Both the position numbers and the translations under genes were made by a program. Source: an uncultured Gemmatimonadales bacterium (lineage in GTDB: Bacteria > Gemmatimonadota > Gemmatimonadetes > Gemmatimonadales > Gemmatimonadaceae). Taken from it: 32,000 bases of DNA. Shown here in pieces: positions 24,562 through 32,000 of the stretch (positions within the stretch are counted from its first letter, which is position 1; the number at the start of each line of letters is the position of its first letter). The notes beneath the pieces are model-generated. The model was not told the origin of the DNA, made no database searches, and saw only the letters and a list, made by a program, of their open reading frames with translations. The DNA is taken from contig OY969695.1 of NCBI GenBank assembly GCA_963701965.1, positions 1,603,765-1,635,764 of the forward strand. The letters are read 5' to 3'.

Positions 24562-25359
24562 TTACACCGCGAAGTGTTTCAGATACAGGTACACGCACGG
24601 CGCCACCAAAAGCACGCTGTCGAACCGGTCGAATGCGCCGCCGTGCCCCGGCAGGAGCGCCGAAGAATCTTTGACCCCGGCATCCCGTTTCATGAGGGAT
24701 TCGACCAGGTCGCCGAGCTGTCCGATCGTCCCCACAATGGCGCCGAGGACGAGCGCGCCGCTCACGGGCAGAAAATCCAACACCAGATACTTCGCGGCCA
24801 GCGCCGCCGCGAACGCGCCCATCAGCCCGGCGATGGCCCCTTCCCAGCTCTTTTGCGGGCTGACGCGCGGGAGGAGCTTGTGCTTCCCCCACGCGACGCC
24901 TACGTGAAACGCCGCCGAGTCGCAGATCCAGATCGTCGCGAAGATCGAGATCACGAGGTAGCCATTCCAGAGCTCGCGGATGCCGATCAACGTCCCGAAG
25001 AAGAGCGAGACATAGAGCACGCCAAAGAGCGTGGTCGACAGATCAAGCAGCGCTGATCCCCGGCCCCGAAACAGCGCCCACAGGCTCGAGGCGATCACGA
25101 TCGCGATCAGGACGACGGACAGGTCGGGCGAGACCGGCGATCGGTAGAACGACAGATTGACGAAGAATCCCCCGGCGAGACCCACGATCGCCAGGGGCTG
25201 GGCGCCTTTGGCGCGGGTCAGCCCGTACAACTCGCGGAGGGCCACCGCGGAAGCGACCGCGATGAACGTGAAGAAGTACAGGCCCCCCGCCATGCACAGC
25301 AGGAGGACAAGCGGAATGCCGACGACGCCGACGGCGACGCGCTGCGCCAGATTGCTCAC
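24562..25359 (-). CDS. cdsA: Phosphatidate cytidylyltransferase (CDP-diglyceride synthase)
   Basis: Polytopic protein. The C-terminal signature SPQKSWEGAIAGL...GDLVESLMKRDAGVKDSSALLPGHGGAFDRFDS is the CTP_transf_1 motif. GTG at 25359 is the only start codon after the upstream gene's stop at 25386. Confidence 0.85.
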   Translation of the reverse strand: MSNLAQRVAVGVVGIPLVLLLCMAGGLYFFTFIAVASAVALRELYGLTRAKGAQPLAIVGLAGGFFVNLSFYRSPVSPDLSVVLIAIVIASSLWALFRGRGSALLDLSTTLFGVLYVSLFFGTLIGIRELWNGYLVISIFATIWICDSAAFHVGVAWGKHKLLPRVSPQKSWEGAIAGLMGAFAAALAAKYLVLDFLPVSGALVLGAIVGTIGQLGDLVESLMKRDAGVKDSSALLPGHGGAFDRFDSVLLVAPCVYLYLKHFAV

Positions 25360-25385
25360 GACGCGTGTGCCGGCCGGTGTCGCGG

Positions 25386-25997
25386 TCAGCTGCGGGGCTC
25401 TTGGAGTGACGCCGCCCGGGAGGCCACCGTGTCGAGGTCGCCGCCCAGGGCATCCATGGTGCGCTGGAACTGGCAGTCGATGATGAGGAGGCCGATCACG
25501 TACCCAGCCAGGTTCGCCGCGAAGATGACCTTGAACACCAGGGTATAGGGAAACCAGATCCCGAAGTAGAGCGCGAAGCGCTTCAGGCCCGGGTCGAACC
25601 GGGCCCGGCCCGCGACCGTCGTGAGGAGTCCGATCGCGACCAGCGCGAGCAGCACGAGCGCCAGCGGCACCAGGCCGGCGGCGGCGAACGCCAGGAAGAT
25701 CACCGCTTCCGACGCCCGATCGAGCACGTCGTCGAGTCGCTTGCCGGCCTCCGACACCAGACCGAACTCGCGGGCCATCCCGCCGTCCATGCCATCGAGC
25801 ACCTGGCCCAGCGCCATCAAGGCGAGACCCGCGCCGGTGCGTCCGATCGCGATCGCGCCCGCCGCCAGCACACTGACGGCAAAAGCCGACCACGTCACTT
25901 GCGTGGGCGTCACCCCAAGCTTGAGGTGGAGGAACCGCAGCGGCGGCCTGACGATCGTATCCGAGAGCCGGCCCAAGACCGGCAGGCGTTCATGCAT
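25386..25997 (-). CDS. CDP-alcohol phosphatidyltransferase family protein
   Basis: [28 protein letters not shown] fits the signature D-x2-DG-x2-AR-x8-G-x3-D-x3-D. The protein has several TM segments. Confidence 0.85.
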   Translation of the reverse strand: MHERLPVLGRLSDTIVRPPLRFLHLKLGVTPTQVTWSAFAVSVLAAGAIAIGRTGAGLALMALGQVLDGMDGGMAREFGLVSEAGKRLDDVLDRASEAVIFLAFAAAGLVPLALVLLALVAIGLLTTVAGRARFDPGLKRFALYFGIWFPYTLVFKVIFAANLAGYVIGLLIIDCQFQRTMDALGGDLDTVASRAASLQEPRS

Positions 25998-26433
25998 GCA
26001 GCCAGCGGAGATAAAACGCCGCGTTGAGGACGAGCAGCACGGTGAACAGCACCCGCTCCTTGGTCTTGTCCGAGACGCTGGTCAGCCAGCCCCGGGTCAC
26101 GCGCCGCGAGTATGGGTAGAACGGCATCTTCTCGAAGCTCACGCTGTAGTCCATGGCGACGTGGACCACGAAGAAGAGCGCCGGGACAATCGTGTGCAGA
26201 AACGTGCAGACAGGCAGGACCCACAGCAGCGCGACCGGCTCCTGGAGCGATGAGCGCCAATAATACCCGCGCTTATCCTGGAGACCCACGGCGGAGAGGT
26301 AGAACGGCGCCTTCACGAGATGATCGACGTCGACCGCCATCCCGAACGTGTAGGCCAGCAAACGCTCGTGGCCCGTGAGCCCGAGCGCCTGCACCCCCAG
26401 TGTCGTGGCCAGAAAGTGCGTGCCGATTTTCAT
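25990..26433 (-). CDS. Small membrane protein, possibly a YdjM/DUF457-like metal-dependent hydrolase
   Basis: 147 aa and hydrophobic. His/Asp clusters (GTHF, VDVDHL, HVAMDY) resemble DUF457. It overlaps the downstream gene by 8 nt. Confidence 0.55.
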   Translation of the reverse strand: MKIGTHFLATTLGVQALGLTGHERLLAYTFGMAVDVDHLVKAPFYLSAVGLQDKRGYYWRSSLQEPVALLWVLPVCTFLHTIVPALFFVVHVAMDYSVSFEKMPFYPYSRRVTRGWLTSVSDKTKERVLFTVLLVLNAAFYLRWLHA

Positions 26434-26609
26434 GGTAGACGCTGCACCCCTGGCTCGTTGCCCAGCAAGGTTTGTGTACCCCCCGCGTACCGGTCCCGCA
26501 AAATATGCAGCGGTGCGTGGACCGCCAATATCGGCGACGCGAAAGCCGGCGCCGTGCCGGCGCCCGCCACTTAACTCGTTGTTTCGCCGTTAGATAGCGA
26601 GCGCGCGCC

Positions 26610-27041
26610 TCAGCGCGGGGCCGCGACGACGACGTACGTGGTGTTCGTACCCGAGAACGGGGCTGGTACCACGTGCTGCCGCACTGCTGGTACGCCAGCC
26701 CGTTGACGATGACGCTCGTGCACGACGGCGGCACACTGGAGACAACGGAGCCAATCACCGCGGCGGTTCACCACCGCCGTCGCCGTCACGGCGGCGGCCG
26801 TCGCGACCGGATGGTAACAACACGCCGCGTAGTACCCGCCGCCGTAATAGCCGCCGTGGACGTCGACGTCGTTGTGCACATTCACGTTGACGTTGCGGTT
26901 CACATTCGTGTTGCGGTTGACGTTCGTGGTGTTGTTCACGTTCGTATTGCGATTGACGCTCGACCGCGCGGTACTGCGCGGTGCCGCCGAGGCACCACCG
27001 CCGCCGCGACGCTGCGCACCGGCGCTCATCGCCAGGACCAT
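26610..27041 (-). pseudogene. Asn/Val hexapeptide-repeat protein with a conserved Cys-containing C-terminal domain; the reading frame appears disrupted by two compensating frameshifts
   Basis: Frame A encodes VNRNTNVNNTTNVNRNTNVNRNVNVNVHNDVDVHGGYYGGGYY...HPVATAAAVTATAVV. The recognisable continuation VIGSVVSSVPPSCTSVIVNGLAYQQCGSTWYQP is in the +1 frame (start of ORF 26273..26758). The ending FSGTNTTYVVVAAPR* is back in frame A. Confidence 0.5.
26856..26957 (-). repeat. Imperfect tandem 18-nt (hexapeptide) coding repeat
   Basis: The plus strand shows repeating GTTGCGGTTSACRTTCGT-like units. The translated period is 6 aa: VNRNTN/VNNTTN/VNRNTN/VNRNVN/VNVHND/VDVH. Confidence 0.7.
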
Positions 27042-27077
27042 AGGGACGCACGGACGGGCACGCCATGCGACCTTGGT

Positions 27078-27926
27078 CTACGGAACACGCCGCGTGCGCC
27101 ACACCCGGTATGGGATGGTGGCCACGGCGCTGACCAGCAGGTACAGCACGACCGCCGCGGCGGCGAGTTTTTGCTGTGGGGCGTTGGCGGCCGCGATCGC
27201 GATGGCCATGCCCGGGTGGCGCGCGGCGGTGGAGAAGGCGAGCACGGTGCGATCGTCGGGCTCTGGTCCGCCGAGCCAGTGGCCGGCAATGAGGCCCACG
27301 ATCACAAAGCCCAGCAACGCGACGATTGCACCTTCGCCGACGAGCGACATCATCGCGGGCCAGAATGCGACGATGATCGCCAGCGCACTGGCGACCAGAA
27401 CGATCGTGGCGACGGCGTTGAGCGGCTTGGCGGCCGCTTCGGCAAATCGGGGGGCAAAGTGGCGTACCGCGATCCCGACCACCAGCGGGGCGAGGACGCT
27501 CGCCACGACGAGACGGGCCACGGCGGACGCATCCATGTGGGCATCGACGCGGAAGACCAAGCCCAGCACGTCGATCGCGACCGGGATGAAGACGATGGCC
27601 AAGAGCGACGCCGCCGCCAGGAGGCCAATGGCATACGCCTCGGATCCACCGGCCTTGACCGCTTTCCTGGGAAGAATGGGCGGTACGGGGGACACCGACA
27701 GCGTGAGGAGCGCCACCTTGACCGCCGCATGCATCGGATACCACGCGACCATCGCGACCGCGAACAACGGCACAATGACATCCATGGCGATGAGCGACCG
27801 CACGAGCTTGGCCGGGTGCGCGGCGAGGTAGATGGCGTCGCGTGCGGTCGCCTGAAGCCCGAGGGCCAGCACCGTCATCATGATGCTGGCCTTGAGCGCC
27901 AACAGGAGGATCGCTTGGAGCGCCAC
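27078..27926 (-). CDS. Polytopic permease, bile acid:Na+ symporter (BASS/SBF)-like or AEC-like
   Basis: About 9-10 hydrophobic segments. LAFSTAARHPGMAIAIAAAN resembles the second-half signature of BASS/AEC-fold transporters. The start is uncertain (GTG 27926 or ATG 27881). The upstream part of ORF 27078..28220 overlaps the Sel1 gene and was discarded. Confidence 0.6.
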   Translation of the reverse strand: MALQAILLLALKASIMMTVLALGLQATARDAIYLAAHPAKLVRSLIAMDVIVPLFAVAMVAWYPMHAAVKVALLTLSVSPVPPILPRKAVKAGGSEAYAIGLLAAASLLAIVFIPVAIDVLGLVFRVDAHMDASAVARLVVASVLAPLVVGIAVRHFAPRFAEAAAKPLNAVATIVLVASALAIIVAFWPAMMSLVGEGAIVALLGFVIVGLIAGHWLGGPEPDDRTVLAFSTAARHPGMAIAIAAANAPQQKLAAAAVVLYLLVSAVATIPYRVWRTRRVP

Positions 27927-27997
27927 CCGGGACAGTCTACAGCGCGCATCGGCCGCGACTACGTGGACCTTGGTCGAACCCTCCCTCAATGCGTCGA

Positions 27998-28438
27998 CTA
28001 GTACGGATCGATCGGCTCGCCGCCGATCAGGCACATGGGCCCATCCGTCAATCCACCGCGGCTTTGGCACTGGGCCGCCCACCGCGCCTGCTGGGCCGCC
28101 GCCGCGCCCTCCATCCGCATGCCCTTGGCCTCCATCTGCGCGTAGCGTTGGCCGAGGGTCCCGGCTTTGTCCAAGAGGGCGAGCGCCTTCTGGAGATCCT
28201 GGGGGACGCCGCGGCCCCACTCGTTCATGAGGCCGAGGATGAACATCGCGTCGGCGTTGTTCTGGGCGATCGCTTTGTTCAGCCAGGTAAGCGCGGTGGC
28301 GTAGCTGCGGGGCACGCCCACCCCTTCATAGTACGCGCGCCCGAGCAGAGCTTCCGCGTTGGCGTCGCCTGTGGCCGCCATGGTTTGGGCCTTCTTGAGC
28401 GCGTCGGCGTAGTGGCCGGATTGCCACGCGGCGTCCAT
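27998..28438 (-). CDS. Sel1-repeat (TPR-like) protein, possibly 5'-truncated or frameshifted
   Basis: Sel1 repeats are AEALLGRAYYEGVGVPRSYATALTWLNKAIAQNNADAMFILGLMNEWGRGVPQDLQKALALLDKAG. The first ATG in coherent sequence is at 28438. Protein-like sequence continues upstream in another frame. Confidence 0.65.
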   Translation of the reverse strand: MDAAWQSGHYADALKKAQTMAATGDANAEALLGRAYYEGVGVPRSYATALTWLNKAIAQNNADAMFILGLMNEWGRGVPQDLQKALALLDKAGTLGQRYAQMEAKGMRMEGAAAAQQARWAAQCQSRGGLTDGPMCLIGGEPIDPY

Positions 28439-28849
28439 GGCGAGCTTGCCGGGATCGGCGGTCGCCCGCCGGACGAAGTTCGAGTCGGCGTGGCCCGGTT
28501 CGTTGAGCGCCGCAGCGTGTCGTCCATGTCGTCGCGGTACCCTTTGGTGTCGACGCACGCCAATGCGTCTTTGGTCACCGGAGGGGCCAGCGCGTCGCGC
28601 TGTGCCAGCGCGACGCACCCACGGAGGAAGTCGAGGATCCCGACGTAGGCCTGCGCCAGCGCCACGGGTGTTGGCACCCAACCCGATCCCGCCGGGAGCG
28701 TGAGCGCGCGGCCGGGTCGCTACATCCACCCGCGGCCCACGGTGACGCGGCATCCGGCAGGCAGCAGACGGTTGGGAGACGGGTAGGCGACGCGGCGCGA
28801 CCACTTTCGGAGCGGGTATTGGCTTGGACTCGACCCCTCGGAGCATCGC

Positions 28850-29329
28850 ATGTCGCACGTGAGAACACACCTGATGGCCGTCGCCTGCGCCCTGACTGGC
28901 GCCCTCGTGTGCGCGCCCAACGGCTACGCGCAGACCGCCTGGACCGCCAACGGCGCCACCGCCTGCGAGAAGTACCTGACGCCGGAAGTCGTGGCCGCGA
29001 TCCTGCTCCAGCCGGCCGGCCACGCCCGGCGCATCGACGGCCAATCTTGCATTTACGAAACCGGCCACGCCGGCAGCATCGGCATCACGCTAAAAGTCGC
29101 CGATATCAACGTCTTCCGGCTGGAATTGCCCCGAATCGCCTACGCCAATCCGATTTCCGGCATCGGGGACGCGGCGTACTGGAACCCGGGCGGCGGCTTC
29201 TCCTCGGTGAAAGGCCACGACCGCGGCTGCGACGTCGCCGTTATCCTCGTGCCCTCCGACACGAAGATTCAGGGCGAAGCCTTGGCCCGGAAGGTCGGAG
29301 ACATCTGTAATAAGCTCTTCGCCCTGTAG
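28850..29329 (+). CDS. Secreted hypothetical protein
   Basis: Signal peptide MSHVRTHLMAVACALTGALVCAPNGYAQ. The mature part has balanced composition and four Cys residues. No family was recognised. Confidence 0.6.
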   Translation: MSHVRTHLMAVACALTGALVCAPNGYAQTAWTANGATACEKYLTPEVVAAILLQPAGHARRIDGQSCIYETGHAGSIGITLKVADINVFRLELPRIAYANPISGIGDAAYWNPGGGFSSVKGHDRGCDVAVILVPSDTKIQGEALARKVGDICNKLFAL

Positions 29330-29345
29330 TCGGCTTCCACCACGA

Positions 29346-29693
29346 CTACGCGGTCTCCGGGGGGTCGATCTCCTCGAACACGTTGGTCCCGGTGCCCGGT
29401 CGCGTGGACCAAGCGAAGTGCTCTACGATGCGAATGCGACGGTCGGGTCCACGCTCTGCCTGGCACACCGACCGGCCGCCGTGGATCTCACCGGACGCTT
29501 CGACTTGCGCATACCGGAACACCAGTTGTGACCCGGAGAGTGTGCCCGCCAAGCAGCCACGTGCGATGGCACCGCCGCTGTAGCGACCCACGACCCGCGA
29601 GCCCCGTTGGATAAAGCGCAGGCGGGTACCGGGGCCGACCACGCCCCGGTCGGCCGTAACGCTCACGCGCATGACGACTCGATCGAGATTCAC
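29346..29693 (-). CDS. Hypothetical small beta-rich protein
   Basis: 115 aa. FIQRGSRVVGRYSGGAIARGCLAGTLSGSQLVFRYAQVEASGEIHGGRSVCQ...IRIVEHFAW resembles a small conserved family of unknown function. The assignment is tentative. Confidence 0.5.
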   Translation of the reverse strand: MNLDRVVMRVSVTADRGVVGPGTRLRFIQRGSRVVGRYSGGAIARGCLAGTLSGSQLVFRYAQVEASGEIHGGRSVCQAERGPDRRIRIVEHFAWSTRPGTGTNVFEEIDPPETA

Positions 29694-29724
29694 AAGCGGT
29701 GTCCTCCATTGAGAGCGTGTTGGA

Positions 29725-30330
29725 CTACTGGGATACGAGCGCCGCGATCAGGTCCTTGGTGAATTGCGGAGTTCCGGTGTTGACCGCGAAGGACCGGGGA
29801 GATTCCACTCGAACCCGCACCACCGCGTTGGGGATGGCATAGACGGCGTAGTACATGGCTACGGTGCCGGCATTGGAGACACGCCGGAGCTCCGCCGCGT
29901 AGACCCAGCCGCGCGCCGTGTGGCCATTGGCCTTGAAATCCTCGCGGCGTTCGAGCCGAGTGTGAAGAAAGGTGAGCTGCCCATTGCGTCGCGCGTCGAC
30001 AAGGGTGTTTCGCAGACCGTCGACGGCGTTCCAGCCGACCGCTGCCGTGTCATCCGAGGTGTTCAGGGGGATGCCCGCGTCATAGGAGGACACGAGTACG
30101 CTGATCACGTCTCCGTCTCGTTTGTAATGGTACTGCGTGCCGTTGCTGACGGCGCCGAGCGAGATGGTATCCGCGATCTTGTATCCCCGAATCTCGGCCG
30201 GCATTGGGGGGAGCGTGGCGCTCGTGGTCGATCCGGCTGGTGCCGAATCGGTTTGACCCGCGGCGCGGGCTTGAGGAAGGGCGCCTGCCAGACTGATCAA
30301 CGCGACCATTGTCCTGCGCATATGCCTCAT
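29725..30330 (-). CDS. Secreted hypothetical protein
   Basis: Signal peptide MRRTMVALISLAGALPQARAAGQ (the start may be the internal ATG). The mature part has non-biased composition. No family was recognised. Confidence 0.6.
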   Translation of the reverse strand: MRHMRRTMVALISLAGALPQARAAGQTDSAPAGSTTSATLPPMPAEIRGYKIADTISLGAVSNGTQYHYKRDGDVISVLVSSYDAGIPLNTSDDTAAVGWNAVDGLRNTLVDARRNGQLTFLHTRLERREDFKANGHTARGWVYAAELRRVSNAGTVAMYYAVYAIPNAVVRVRVESPRSFAVNTGTPQFTKDLIAALVSQ

Positions 30331-30332
30331 TT

Positions 30333-30351
30333 GTTTAGGCCACGCCTAAAC
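30333..30351. promoter_or_regulatory. Perfect inverted repeat with 8-bp arms and a 3-bp spacer
   Basis: GTTTAGGC-CAC-GCCTAAAC lies 3 bp upstream of the ATG at 30330, in the divergent intergenic region shared with the RND gene. Confidence 0.3.
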
Positions 30352-30493
30352 TGACGAGTTCGGCAAGCGAGCGCAAGCAACAGTTGTATGGCGGCGCGCT
30401 TCACGTCTTCTCCGGACCTTATTATCCTGGCAATCTGGGGCAACACCCAGGCCAGTTAAATTGTGTCCAATGCAATTCGAGATTTATTGAACC

Positions 30494-32000
30494 GTGACGG
30501 GACCCGCAGCCGACTCTCACCCCGGCGATAACACGGGGGAAGTCCTCAAGCCTCACGAGATTCCGCTCGGGACGGGCGGCGGGAGCATCACGGCCCTCTT
30601 CATCCGCCGGCCGGTGATGACCACGCTCATCATGGCCGGAATTCTGCTGTTCGGCATTATCGCGTACTTCCAGCTCCCGGTCAGCGACTATCCGGCCGGC
30701 GACTACCCCACCATCGCGGTGAGCGCGGCGCTCCCGGGCGCCAGCCCCGAGACGATGGCGGCGACCGTGGCGACGCCGCTGGAGAAGCAGTTTTCGACCA
30801 TCGCGGGCATCGACAACATCACATCGACGTCGGTCCTGGGGGCGACGTTCATCACGGTACAGTTCGCGCTGGACCGGGATATCGACGCGGCCGCGCAGGA
30901 CGTGAACGCGGCCATCTCCGCGGCGTTGGTCAAGCTGCCGATCAACATGATCCCGCCGTCGTACCGGAAGCAGAATCCGGCGTCGTATTCGATTCTGTAC
31001 TACGATGTCACGTCGCACAATCTGCCGCTCCAGACGGTGGACGAGTACGCCGAGACGACGATCGCGCAGCGCATCTCGATGGTGGCGGGCGTGGCGCAGG
31101 TGAACGTCTGGGGATCGCAGAAGTACGCCGTTCGCATTCAGGTCGATCCGGAGGCCCTCGCCTCGCGCAACCTCGGCATCGATCAGGTCGCCCGGGTCGT
31201 CACGGCGGACAACGTGAGCATCCCGACCGGGATCATGTATGGGCGGCATCAGACCAAGACGGTCTACGCTACCGGCCAGCTCTACAACGCCGAAGGATTC
31301 AAGCACATCGTCATCGCCTACCGCAACGGATCGCCGGTGCGGCTCGGCGACGTCGCGACCGTACTGGATGACGTCCAGAACAACAAAACGGCGAGCTGGT
31401 ACTTCATCAACGGCAAGGGCGAGCGGGCGATCTTCCTGGCGATTCAGCGCCAGCCCGGCACCAATACGATCGAGGTCGTGAACGCCGTCAAGCAAAAGAT
31501 GGCGGAGATCGAGAAGGAGCTGCCGGCGGAACTGATCGTGCACCAGACGGGCGATCGCAGCGTGAGCATCCTGAGCGCCGTGCACGATGTGAAGCTCTCG
31601 CTGGTCCTGGCGCTGGTGTTCGTCGTGCTGGTCATTTTCATCTTCCTCCGGCACGTCACGGCCACGGTCATTCCCAGCCTCGCCCTGCCGATGGCGGTGG
31701 TGGGCACGTTCTCGATCATGTACTTGCTGGGGTTCAGCCTCGACAACCTGTCGCTCATGGCGCTGACCCTGGCCGTGGGGTTCGTGGTCGACGATGCAAT
31801 CGTCATGCTGGAGAACATCATCCGGCACATCGAGCTCGGCGAGCCACCGATGGCCGCGGCGCTCAAAGGATCGGGCGAGGTGGGATTCACGATCCTGTCG
31901 ATGACGTTGTCCCTGACGGCGGTGTTCATCCCCCTGCTCTTCATGGGCGGACTGATCGGGTGGCTGTTCAAGGAGTTCGCGCTCACGATCATGGCGTCGA
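30494..32000 (+). CDS. RND (HAE1, AcrB/MdtB-like) efflux transporter; 5' part, running off the window end
   Basis: This gene is not in the ORF track because no stop is reached. My own translation gives LFIRRPVMTTLIMAGILLFGIIAYFQLPVSDYPAGDYPTIAVSAALPGASPETMAATVATPLEKQF...GFVVDDAIVMLENIIRHIELGE..., the canonical RND N-terminal half. GTG 30494 is the only canonical start after the in-frame TGA at 30488. Confidence 0.85.
   Translation, partial: MTGPAADSHPGDNTGEVLKPHEIPLGTGGGSITALFIRRPVMTTLIMAGILLFGIIAYFQLPVSDYPAGDYPTIAVSAALPGASPETMAATVATPLEKQFSTIAGIDNITSTSVLGATFITVQFALDRDIDAAAQDVNAAISAALVKLPINMIPPSYRKQNPASYSILYYDVTSHNLPLQTVDEYAETTIAQRISMVAGVAQVNVWGSQKYAVRIQVDPEALASRNLGIDQVARVVTADNVSIPTGIMYGRHQTKTVYATGQLYNAEGFKHIVIAYRNGSPVRLGDVATVLDDVQNNKTASWYFINGKGERAIFLAIQRQPGTNTIEVVNAVKQKMAEIEKELPAELIVHQTGDRSVSILSAVHDVKLSLVLALVFVVLVIFIFLRHVTATVIPSLALPMAVVGTFSIMYLLGFSLDNLSLMALTLAVGFVVDDAIVMLENIIRHIELGEPPMAAALKGSGEVGFTILSMTLSLTAVFIPLLFMGGLIGWLFKEFALTIMAS

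Noticed and set aside
24539-24892. N-terminal 118 codons of ORF 22757..24892
   Set aside because: This stretch overlaps the cdsA 3' end and is Arg-rich. ATG 24538 has a GGAGGAG ribosome-binding site and is followed by a signal-like peptide.
25360-25893. N-terminal ~177 codons of ORF 24562..25893
   Set aside because: This stretch overlaps the CDP-alcohol phosphatidyltransferase gene in another frame and is Arg/Gly/Pro-rich. CdsA homology begins at GTG 25359.
26548-26575. GC hairpin GGCGCCG-TGC-CGGCGCC downstream of the repeat-protein gene, considered as an intrinsic terminator
   Set aside because: The stem is real, but the following minus-strand tract (TTTCGCGTC) is a poor U-tract, and the motif is also a direct repeat of CCGGCGCC. 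The evidence is too weak to annotate.
26856-26957. Possible CRISPR-like or non-coding tandem repeat
   Set aside because: The period is 18 nt, in frame within an ORF, with no spacer structure. It is a coding hexapeptide repeat, not a CRISPR array.
26673-28001. 442-aa plus-strand ORF and 329-aa minus-strand ORF (26755..27744) spanning the repeat-protein and permease genes
   Set aside because: The compositions are highly biased (H/R/D/G runs), and they cross two independently supported genes. These are shadow frames.
28439-29068. N-terminal ~210 codons of ORF 27998..29068
   Set aside because: The stretch is an Arg/Pro/Gly-rich junk translation that also overlaps the plus-strand secreted-protein gene. 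Coherent Sel1 sequence starts near 28438.
30422-31828. 468-aa minus-strand ORF, the only long ORF listed for this region
   Set aside because: It is antisense to an unmistakable RND transporter frame that is absent from the track only because it has no stop inside the window. The product is H/R/D-rich nonsense.
1-32000. Search for mobile elements, integrases, tRNA or rRNA genes and known defence-system hallmarks
   Set aside because: No transposase, integrase, recombinase, reverse-transcriptase, nuclease-helicase or Cas-like sequences were recognisable in any frame. No tRNA-like cloverleaf segments were seen in the intergenic gaps.

Overview
GC-rich bacterial chromosomal window. Gene content suggests Gemmatimonadota or Acidobacteriota (inference only): a PadR plus ADOP/MacB-type duplicated permease pair, CarboxypepD_reg/TonB-C proteins, a CBM9/DUF5916 protein and an M61 peptidase. 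I found about 30 protein-coding genes and no rRNA, tRNA, CRISPR array, transposase or integrase. Left to right: 3' part of an NhaP2-type K+/H+ antiporter, an AAC(6')-like GNAT and an MBL-fold hydrolase; PadR plus permease (minus strand); a permease relic; a minus-strand operon (CarboxypepD_reg/TonB-C protein, SDR, DAACS symporter); a LytS-type kinase with LytTR regulator; an NTF2-like protein; an alpha/beta hydrolase; a 230-bp structured non-coding gap; a small membrane protein divergent from a family-B DNA polymerase followed by tightly coupled ArsR, SRPBCC and a TfoX-N-like protein; CBM9/DUF5916; a second NTF2-like protein; an M61 aminopeptidase; a chimeric pseudogene; ggt; a phospholipid operon (YdjM-like, CDP-alcohol phosphatidyltransferase, cdsA); an Asn/Val repeat protein; a BASS-like permease; a Sel1 protein; three small hypothetical or secreted proteins; and the 5' part of an RND pump that is missing from the ORF track. 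I see no clearly recognisable new multi-gene system such as a defence island. The best leads are: (i) the PolB has intact exonuclease motifs and a clamp-binding motif, but catalytic motif C reads DTN instead of DTD, and it sits directly upstream of an ArsR/SRPBCC/TfoX-like module whose perfect 18-bp palindromic operator lies inside the last polB codons; (ii) a candidate structured RNA ending in an intrinsic terminator just upstream of the hydrolase gene; (iii) four loci with deletion or frameshift lesions, two of which retain only an FtsX-type permease tail; (iv) putative operator sites next to the three regulators PadR, LytTR and ArsR. All family calls rest on motif recognition by eye, not on database searches.
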